Below the pieces are notes generated by a model. That model made no database searches. It had not been told where the DNA came from and was given only the letters and a program-made list of their open reading frames with translations. Positions 54,567-64,000 of a stretch of 64,000 nt of DNA are shown here, piece by piece. The stretch covers positions 25,050,001 to 25,114,000 of the forward strand of contig CM097885.1 of the NCBI GenBank assembly GCA_044892525.1. Direction: 5' to 3'. The stretch is from Schmidtea polychroa (lineage: Eukaryota). How positions within the stretch are numbered: the stretch's first letter is position 1; each line of letters starts with the position of its first letter. A program made the position numbers and the translations under genes.

Positions 54567-55618
54567 TGTTGAGGTCTGTAAATTAAAATTAAAATTGAAA
54601 TAAAATTTAGGATAATAATTCAAATGGAAAGTAAGCGAGGAAAAATGGCAAATAAAAGCGGGATCGTGCACAGAATTAATAGTAAAGGAAAATGCGATGG
54701 AAGCAGTATTAGAAAATGCAAAAAGCAATTACGAAAGGCGAGAATCCGGAAATCCGAGAAAAATCAATAAATGGAAAAATCATCGAAATCGAATGGGAAA
54801 AACGGGACAGGTATAGATTAGCTAATGGTCAACAAGATGATGGTTAGGGATTTATCAGAAAAGGGTTAGGAAGGGTCGAAAAACATTCAAACGTATGAAA
54901 ACAGAAAACGTTAATTAATTAATTAATTGGCTAATGGAAAACCCGAGCTAATGGGAAACCCGAGCCAATGGAGAACCCGAGAGATAAAGGAAACCCGAGC
55001 TGGGTAAACAAGAAGAAAGGCAAACAAAAGGAAGATTTGGGCCCATTAGTTTGACACAATGATTAATGGGAAAAGAGTAAGGAGAAGATAACGCGCGTAG
55101 GAAGACCGGTAGGGCCATTAATTATCTGGATTCGTTGGACCATTATGGATGACAGCCGAAGCAAACACGTAGGAGAAAATGTCAAACGAAAGATTGGCTC
55201 GGCAATAACCATTTGTCATCCTGATTTCGAGGAGTATATAAGCAAAGGGAAAATCAGAGAAAATCGGCATTTTGCCTCAGCTAGGGTTCGAAGAATTAGA
55301 CTGTAGGAAAAGTGGTAAACGAATTAGGGAAGTAGGGAAAAGAAGAAATAGAATTAAGAATACGGAAAGGAGAAAAGAGATCAAACCAAACCGAAACCGA
55401 GGAAAACGAGAGTCAACAGAACTAAAGGATCAAAAGGTGAATATTGTTTGTTTGCAAAGCATCAACACCGAGCAGAGAATCGTGTAAAACTTTGATTGGT
55501 AATTGTAGAGTGATAATAAATTGTGAACCTGTTGTTTCAATATACGTTGGGTCGTTCATTGTTTTAATTTAAAGAACACCAGGAGTCAGAGAGAACCGAC
55601 TTGAAATAATCCAAAACC

Positions 55619-55623
<5 letters not shown>
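54567..55623 (+). repeat. 3' LTR
   Basis: Direct repeat of 38214-39270, preceded by the PPT and followed by (TA)n. Confidence 0.95.
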
Positions 55624-55668
<45 letters not shown>

Positions 55669-56009
55669 CTTGTAAATTACATTAAATCATAACTGGCTAT
55701 ATATCAATTTTGATCGAAAACTATGAAGCATAAACAGCTATATATAAATCGAGTATAGATCTTGATTAGTAAAATGTGAATTAGAAATAACCATTTGTAA
55801 AGTATAGAAACATAATTCATGAACCATACCTAAAATATAAATTAGAAGTCATATTAACTACCCAGGTTCCGAACGTAACCTGCCCAATTTGTAAAGTCTA
55901 ATATCAGTCACCTCCAGAGATATGATCCTATGCCAAGGATATGAAATATAAATTTTCGTTAAATTATAAACTCTAAATGCATACAAATTAAACTAAGAAA
56001 TATAATTCG

Positions 56010-56275
56010 TATTAGTATTATCATTATTGTTATGATTATTACTGTCAGTATTATCACTATTATTACCCTTATTATTGTAAATGTTGGTGTTATTATTATT
56101 ATTATTATTATGATTATTATTATTATGATTATTACTATTATTATTCTTCATATTATTATTATTATTATTATTGTTATTATTATTATTATTATTGTTATTA
56201 TTATTATTATTATTATTACTATTATTATTCTTCATATTATTATTATTATTATTATTGTTATTATTATTATTATTA

Positions 56276-56330
<55 letters not shown>

Positions 56331-56360
56331 CATTATTATTATTATTACGATTATTTATTA
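56010..56360. repeat. (ATT)n microsatellite
   Basis: Direct reading. Confidence 0.95.
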
Positions 56361-57523
56361 GTAACTTCCGAAAATCCAAATTTGATTGAATAATCGATTT
56401 AGGATTTCCCCTCACAACTAAATTTAGAACCTACCCTTTTGCCCCAATAAGAACAATCATAATTCCTAAAGTCTATTTTTAGTAACACCCCCCCTCGGAG
56501 AAAATGCTAGGACTATTAATTAAATAAGAACATGGGTAGATACATCTAAATAGATGTGTGTAAACATGGGTTACTATACGTATATAATAAGTGAATTTAA
56601 CCCAAGCTTATCAGTGACGGATACATCTTAATCAACTTAGCGGCCCCAGAAATTAAAAGCCATGTAAAACCTACATTGTTGACTTACACTAATTTATCGA
56701 GAACACTAGGAATGCATTGAGACAGCCGATAACAACTATTGAACTCCACGGAATCCACTGCATGAATTAGCGATAAATGACAAAAGTACATCTTACTTAA
56801 AATTAAAGCGCTATCAAAAGGGGATATTAAATTAAATCATTCAACAAAATTTCTAACATAATTAGATACAAACCAAACTAAAAATACCAACGCCGAGTCA
56901 TATAAAATTCCTTAAAGGCGCTGAACAATCGGCCATTCCGTCCGAGTGAAAGATTTCTACCAAATAGATCTAAAATCGAAAAGTTATTATTGATAAATAA
57001 AGTACCTACAAGTTAATCAAAGGAGATTACACCACTCATGACGAGCACAACCGAGGGATAAGTAAGTAAAATGAGGAGCTAGGCTCGTCAGTGATACTTA
57101 TCGCCCCAGTGTACCCGAATTTAGTGGTAAATTACTAACAGGATCCGATTTCCTAAATTCAAAGAAAAAGTGAAGTATTAAATTTTGAATTACCAGCTAG
57201 TGGTAAACAAGATTTTGAAAATTTAAAAGATTGAATTAAACAAAGTTAATTAAACTTAAGATATATTTAGTTAAAGTATGAGATTTACGAAAACTTTACT
57301 CAGGATTATTGAATTTTTTTTTGTTAAAATAATTTCGAAAATCCAGGTTGTAATTGCAGTCGTTTTATTTTTTTTTTTCATTAAATTTCTTTTTAACTAA
57401 GATACAACTATCAAAAATTTTAACTGTAAATGTAAGCTTTTAATTATGAACCCCGTTGTTCGAGTCCCTTTAAGACTCACATCAGTCTGTGCCAAATAAC
57501 CTAACTTAGATTTGTATTATAGA

Positions 57524-57889
57524 ATGTCTTACTCTGACGAAGCTAACGGTGATGAAGATTACAATCAGATGGTAACGCGGCTCCGGACCCGGTATATATG
57601 GTGTCATATTCACAGGTGGAGCCAGGGGCGGGACCTGGACTGCTCCAATCGGGTCATCTGAAGTGGCCCAGAGCCCGGTGCCCCGGCGTGGGTAAAAGTA
57701 GAGCCCACCAACAACGTGTTATGGGAAGCCCGCGATCGAGCGGCCGACGAGGTAGTAGAGGCCCAGAAGCGGCTGAGGAGACTCGAGCTCCAACTCAAAG
57801 CCGAAATGATGGGAGTAACTCCTGAAGAACTGGAGGAGACAGATGCCCCTCCACGAAAACGGGGAAGGCCCCGTAAGAACCCGGCCTAA
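57524..57889 (+). pseudogene. AT-hook protein of copy B with one premature stop
   Basis: Colinear with 1428-1793 without indels. CGA>TGA at 57659-57661. Ends PPRKRGRPRKNPA. Confidence 0.8.
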
Positions 57890-58198
57890 CTTATCGATAG
57901 TAACAATTCGGGCGAACTATTTAATCTAATTAGTGATACTATGTGGTGTTTGACTTTTTGTTTTTGGACTATGACGAACTGTAGCGATTTTTATTATTAA
58001 AACTTTTTGGTCGTGCGTATTCATAATATAATAAATCATCTTTTAGCCATTATATAGAGGTCTTATTGCGTATGGGGTGTCTCCAGGGACGGGATGACCC
58101 CCCCCCCTACTCTTCAGTTACTAATTTTATGAAAATAATCGAATTACCTTTATGCACATGGAAGTGAGCGACGAAATTTTTATTATTGTTTTCCTTCA

Positions 58199-58647
58199 GT
58201 GTACAAGCTATTTGAAAATCTACGAAAAGACCGCGAACAGGCCCAGCAACAATCCGAGGACCTTCGAAGTCGAGTCGAGAAGCTCAAAATCAAGTGCCGA
58301 GAACTCGGCTGAAGAAACGGACAGCGCACATCTCACGGCTCCAGATCCAGGCGGAGCAAGACCAACTCGAAATTCGAGCGTTGAAGCTACAAGTACGCTC
58401 GCTCGAGAGCAAACTGAATGAAAAATTCATCCAGGACGCCCTCCAAGAGCAGATTCGTCCTCTTCAGGTGGAGTTAGCCAAGATATACCCACCTGCCCAG
58501 GCAAGCAAGCCGAAACGTAAACGGCTAGGGCGGAATACCCGGGAAAAATTGAAAAGGGCCTGGCTGGCCGAGCAGGAAAAATCGAAAGAGCCTGCAGTTA
58601 CTCCACGATCCCGAGGAACGTTTGAGAGTGTAACCCCTCCTGAGTAA
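58199..58647 (+). pseudogene. Coiled-coil protein of copy B, with an internal deletion/frameshift
   Basis: Homologous to the reverse complement of ~632-1104. It lacks the segment encoding EGTWFSPAEM. Confidence 0.65.
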
Positions 58648-60439
58648 AACATACCTTGTAATATAGCAGTGATTAAATAAATGATTCTTGTTGTCTAATG
58701 CATATGTGATCAAACTTTGTGATGGTCCAGGATCAGACGGTGGGTAGAGAGGCGTTTGGGAAAACAATCTCGATGAGGGACCGAAATAAATCGGACACGT
58801 GCCTTCAATCGGCGTCCGTGAACCCATAGAGTGCTCGACAATTATAGTGCTCTTAAGGCGCTCACTTTTTGCGAGTACTCAACCCCTTGGTACAGTACCA
58901 ACGTTGATTGCTCAACGGGTACCAAGAGGAAAACAATGTTGTATTCTGGGTTACGCTGGTAACAGCACGTAAACATTCAACCACCTGTAACCCACCAATA
59001 TAAACAAAGTCAAATAACCTTTGACCTCGTGTTCATCTGCTATCTAACTGTTAACTAGTAACATTTTATTACTAACAGCAAATTACATACATACACACAT
59101 AATGATCATTCACACTTACCATTTACTAGCACACTGAAATACACAGTGGTAACGGTAATATTACAATTTCTACTTTGTTAGTTGCTATGTCTTCTAAATT
59201 TAAACATGTTCCAAAATATTAAAAATTTTCAAAATCAGAAAAAATGCCATTTATCAATGCCTATTTGAATCGCTCTAACATAGCATTCGAAGAAGCACTG
59301 GGAAAAAATCAGAAAGACTTTTCAAAGTCGATGACTCGCCAATCAAACGACAAAGAATTATTCAGAGATCAGACACCCACCATCAAGGCTTCAATGACCA
59401 GACCGAAGATATGTGCACCTCTAAGGGTCAGCGTGGATCGACTTACCACCATCAGCAATATGACCCTGCAACATCAGATAGCTGCGAAGTCCAGACAGAT
59501 GATCTCGAGACTCGGGATTAATTTCTGATTCAAGGATGCACGATATCCCAGAAATCACCGGACCCCAACAACAAATACAATTCTTTTAGAATTACTATTA
59601 ATAATGAATCTTTCATATCCTTTGCATGACAATTATTTAAAATTTTAAATACATTTTTACTAATCCAGGCATAAAATAAAATTAAATGACCACCACGTGG
59701 TCTAAATAGTAATATCAAAACACTTAAGTTAATTTACTGACTAGTTTGTCATTAGCTTATTCAAATTCTATGAGTCTTATTAAATTTCTTGTGAAATCCT
59801 TGACCGATTTCTATGAAAATTTAAAATTATAGCAAACAAAGTACGGTGATTCATATTCTACTAATAATAAATGTTAAAAATTAATTTTTGAAAAAATAAA
59901 AATTCACTCATCCATAGATTTAAACCCCTCAACTTTCAAAATCATAAATATCAAAACGAAAACTTGACCACTGAATCACCGGTCTGATAAAAAGAACATC
60001 TCATTTTATTATACATACATTTATTTTATTACAATCAGAGGGTGGAGCCTCTGAGGCCTAAGAGACGGTGTCGACGTGGGCTCCAGGAATGTAGAGATTA
60101 CTGGAAAGAATCAAGAGATGAATTGGTATTGTCTCTAGTAAGGTTGTGTCGAGTATACCTCAGGGACTTGCATTGGTTGGAGTCAAAAGGCCTCCATTTT
60201 GTGGATCTTTTATGTAGCTTTGAAACTCATTCTCTTAACTTGCTTATTTCAGTTGTGGCATTGTCGTTAGAATGGTTAGTCGCCTGAGTTTTGTGGTAAT
60301 TTACATGTTCATACTATAAAAAGAAAGCGATCAAAACTTTAGTACATCAAATGGTTAATTAAATAATAATGGCATAAATTACTCACACTGAAGCAAAATT
60401 CAAATTATCAAGTATTAAACGAATTTATTTATAAGTTAA

Positions 60440-61200
60440 ATTGGGATTATCTACGCATACTTACGGAATTTCAATTTTTTATCGTAATTATCTTCTTATT
60501 TTGACTTGTTGAGCTTTTAATTAGATAAATATTAAAGTCGGTGTTTCTGACTCCACAAGTTATATAAAAACAATTAGATAAACAACATTCAACTTATATT
60601 TGTATTCAAATTCGTATAATCTAAAATTCACAAAACTCCGAATATCTCAATAAAATGCCTATTCTGACTATACAATATGTCTCGCTGGTTCTGCACATTC
60701 TGCAACAATAATCACCTCTTTTCTTTAATCCTTTGACTTAACTTGATTCCTTTATTTTTCTTTCCGTAAATTCTATCTTTAATTTTCCATTTAACCCAAC
60801 TGTCAAATTGTTCATTCCTACCTGAGACAAAATACCAGTTGCTATTGAGTATGAGTCCCTTTATTTAGTTAAAATAATCGCATTGATTAATGGCTTTTCA
60901 ACTAGATCGTCTTCCTTTGACAATCTTTGCCTCAAGGTCTTTTTCGTTTTTTCTCCTTCGAAAGAAATAATTAATTGTCTCACCGTGTATCTCCCTTGTG
61001 ATCATCTTTTTCCCGTTTTCTCATTACTCATGCTGCCATAATATTGGTTTTCCAGAATCTACTTTGCTTACTTTTCTTTCTGTTTACTTAACTTGGGTTT
61101 TCCTTAATTAATTAATTAATTAAATAACGATTTTCTGTTTTAGTGCGTTTTCTTACATTTCGGTCCATTCTGAACATATTCTGATGACTCCGTTCTCACC
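60440..61200 (-). repeat. Old LTR remnant of the same Gypsy clan
   Basis: TCTGACTCC subterminal motif (~60546) and CTTGGGTTTTCC-TTAATTAATTAATTAATTAAATAA block (~61092-61130), as in the other LTRs. Boundaries are uncertain. Confidence 0.4.
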
Positions 61201-62727
61201 ATAAAAATTCTCCATAATCTCATTTACATCTGACCAGTTTTTGAATTTGTATTAGTGCTATATCTATGTAGTCAAGAATTTTCATTATGTGAATAAAGTT
61301 TTGAATTGAACTTTTGTTTTCTTTTGTTGTTGTAAAAAGACAACTTCACTTTCATACAATAAAATCACTAAACTTTTCTGGACTTGCATCCACATTTATA
61401 AACAACAAGAAAGTAATGATAATAATGATCTACGAGGAGTGAGTAGTTCCTATTACACCTTTCAATGGAAATATGACTATTAAAGGGTGGAAACATACTT
61501 ATCACTCTGGTGTCTACATTTGGTACGCCACCGCGCGTAAGTCGGGTACTTGAGGAACGCCACCGGTAAGAGTATAATCAGATAGGAAAATCGAGAACTT
61601 CGCCAAGATTTTTAGTTTGCTGGTAGTTCCAAGTTCTTATTATATGATATTAAGAGCTCGTCACATTAGTGTCCAGTGCGCCATGTAAAGCGAGCAACTT
61701 CTCCTTTTCTTTAATAGTAATTGACTCATAGTGCGATTCGAAAATATACCTAAATTCCACACTTAACCTACGACGTCTATGTTACTATAACACAATAAAG
61801 ACGCATCGCAATAATATCCAGTGAGATTAATATCAAGTTGACTCAACGTAATAACGCCAATCACGTAGAAAAAACGAATTTATTACCAAGCATGATAAAC
61901 TTTAGACAAATACATTAAAACTCAAGAATGAGGAGAGATCCCTGCTCAAAATTTAGAGAGATAGTATTAAATAACGATTATAAAGAAAAAGGGTAAAAAA
62001 AATTGTTTATTTGTGGTTTGAAAATGCATGAGTTCTCCTAGGAGTCAGTTCATAGTTCGGCTTAGAGTCATGACGGGGAATAACATAAACCAAAAGAAGT
62101 AAATTTGAACAAGACAAAGACATTAATATATAACATAATTTAATTTTTCAACGCCTGAATCATGAAAATGTTAGAGTGATTATTTCTTTAAAAAATTGAG
62201 AATATCAATTCCCCAAGTTGTTTAAAACCAAATACCGCTTTTCTTCCAGAAATTTACTATTTTTGAGGTATTTTAATTGTGCATTTTTGGAAAAAAATTT
62301 AATTCATATTATTTTAAAATAAAATCATAAATAAAAATATGCAGAATTTAAAGTATTTCAATATGAAATTTAAGATAATAAATTTGATGAGATTATTAAT
62401 TTTCTACTATTAAATTTAACTTAAATTGTTTTACCTAGCTTCAAAATTAAATTTTGAATAATTTCATGCTCATTATATTTTGATATACTATTTAATAATT
62501 ATTTGAAATTTAAAATAATTTGTTTAATTTTAGTTACATGAATCCACATTTTTTGGTTGGATTATTTGTCATTCGAATAAATTATCAAAAATTAAGAAAA
62601 CTGAATTTATTTTTATAAAAAGAAATCAAGAATTTACTTGTTTATTAAAATTTGTGAAAAATACAGCATCTTAAAAGTTGATCTAATATTCGATAAATTT
62701 GCAATTCTACTGGAATATTTAATTTTA

Positions 62728-63942
62728 ATGAACACGACACATGAAACGGATTTATTTGAGTTTTTTCATTGTTTTATACCTTTAATAAATTCTCATTCAA
62801 ACGATTTTATCATAAATGACTTATGGAACAATTTTTTGCCAGAAAAAATTCGTCATTTAATTGATTCAATTGATAATCCTAATTACATATTAGATCAATA
62901 TATAAAATGTTGTAACAGAGTTCCTGTGTACAATAATTTAATTGTAAATACTAATTGCAATTGGTCTTCGTTAATTGATACTAAAGAAAAAACAATTGAT
63001 AGAAATATACGGCCTAATTGGGAAATAGTTTCCAATGACCTTGATGCTTTTATTCAAAACTGTGCCAATTTTTCTTCATTCAAGACATTTATTAATGAAA
63101 AAGAGAATTTTTTTGATGACATTTTTATTGATTATGGAATGAATGAAAAGAAATCATATGAAGTTGAGAAAATGAGCTGTCTTTGTCGCAGTATTTGTAA
63201 AAAACATAATATTGATAATGTGGTAGATGTTGGTAGTGGAAAAGGATATTTAGGTTCAGATTTGTCAATATCAAATGGGCTAAATGTGATAGAATTAGAT
63301 TCAAGAGAGTCAAATAAAGCAGGCGCTCTGAGTAGACGTAAGAGATTTATATTGCAAGTTCCAAGTAAAAAAAGAAAATTAAATGCTACTGAAAATCTCA
63401 AAATGGGAAGTTGTAGAAGTATTGCTCGTAATATCACATCAACTGATACAATTAGCAAAATTTTATTAGAAGAAGGATTTTCGAATACCGAATATTTGAT
63501 GACCGGTTTACACAGTTGTGGTGGATTGTCATCCACGATGTTGAGGAATTTTGTTAATTGCAAGGATGCCAAAGCAATTGTTCTTGTTGGATGTTGTTAT
63601 CATTTATTGAACGAGAAATTCGTCAATAACTTTCCGAATGATCAATTTGAGATGTCAGATTTTCCGTTGAGTAACAAATTTCAAAAATCGGGTATTGTTT
63701 TGGGTAGAAACGCAAAAACATTCTCCAGTCAGACTGTGAAAAGAGTCCTGCGCGACGGAAACTTGCATCCAACAATGTTTCATAGGATACTTCTCCAGAA
63801 ATTATTGCATGATAAATTAGGCTACGTTTCTGATAACTTGATAGTTGGTAAAATCGGTAAACAGATAAAAGATGAAAATAATTTCGAAGAATATGTTCGA
63901 ATATCTTGTCGAAAATTAGGATTTGTTGATTTGATAGAAAAT
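62728..63942 (+). CDS. METTL25: METTL25-like SAM-dependent methyltransferase (host gene, probably continuing beyond the window)
   Basis: MNEKKSYEV, VVDVGSGKGYL (SAM motif I), GLHSCGGLS and VGCCYHLL. Probable donor GTAATT at 63943. The first ATG is at 62728. Confidence 0.8.
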
Positions 63943-64000
63943 GTAATTGTTTTATTTAATCATATTAACTACTTATTAATTTAATCAGTAATACTAAATT

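Larger units (their letters stand above)
38214..55623 (+). mobile_element. 17.4-kb envelope-bearing Ty3/Gypsy (Metaviridae-like) LTR element inserted in a (TA)n tract
   Basis: 1057-bp LTRs (38214-39270, 54567-55623; TGTTG...CAACA) with only two differences seen. PBS at 39278, PPT AAGGGGGGAG before the 3' LTR, and one long ORF. Confidence 0.97.
36030..58997. mobile_element. Large TG...CA element, copy B (~5.55 kb net, inverted relative to A), split by the 17.4-kb Gypsy
   Basis: Starts TGTTGGGCTAG and ends GTAACCCACCA. Flanks GTAT/ATAT (3/4 match). 36030-37320 matches the reverse complement of ~4770-6039, and 56570-58997 that of 284-2760. Confidence 0.8.

Noticed and set aside
55993..56415. 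Poly-Asn/Ile/Leu ORFs (also 52365-52596, 6745-7054, 38139-38375)
   Set aside because: Translations of (ATT)n and (TA)n microsatellites.
58770..58800. Hammerhead ribozyme core (GATGAG...GAAA)
   Set aside because: It lacks CTGA and the required stem II/III geometry.
59244..60390. Short ORFs and an intron-like segment right of copy B
   Set aside because: There are stops in the candidate frames and no recognisable homology, so a gene call cannot be supported.

Overview
This is an AT-rich eukaryotic (animal; possibly flatworm, by inference) window made almost entirely of nested mobile elements, with one host gene (METTL25-like methyltransferase) at the right edge. (1) A three-level nest: a hAT DNA transposon (14485-34520, 8-bp TSD) holds a compact Ty3/Gypsy element (14528-32452, identical 115-bp LTRs, 5-bp TSD), whose RT is interrupted by a ~13.4-kb Polinton/Maverick (adintovirus-type) provirus. 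The provirus encodes pPolB, packaging ATPase, adenain-like protease, major and minor capsid proteins and a PLA2-integrase, and carries a candidate Pol III small-RNA gene reminiscent of adenovirus VA RNA. (2) The main candidate for a new system is a young 17.4-kb Gypsy-type LTR element (38214-55623). Its single ~3200-aa polyprotein reads Gag, two ubiquitin-like domains, a Bcl-2-like domain, a signal peptide, a chuvirus-like class III fusion glycoprotein with TM, then PR-RT-RNase H-IN, a second signal peptide and a second ectodomain. The membrane anchor of that ectodomain lies in the -1 frame behind a T TTT TTA slippery site. Env therefore sits between gag and pol. (3) Three copies of a 3.1-5.8-kb TG...CA element with 4-bp TSDs, hairpin ends, a covarying structured domain and small conserved ORFs (probably giant solo LTRs). 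Smaller solo LTRs, a TRIM-like element, MITEs and satellites fill the rest. All protein family calls come from motif recognition by eye; no database search was run.
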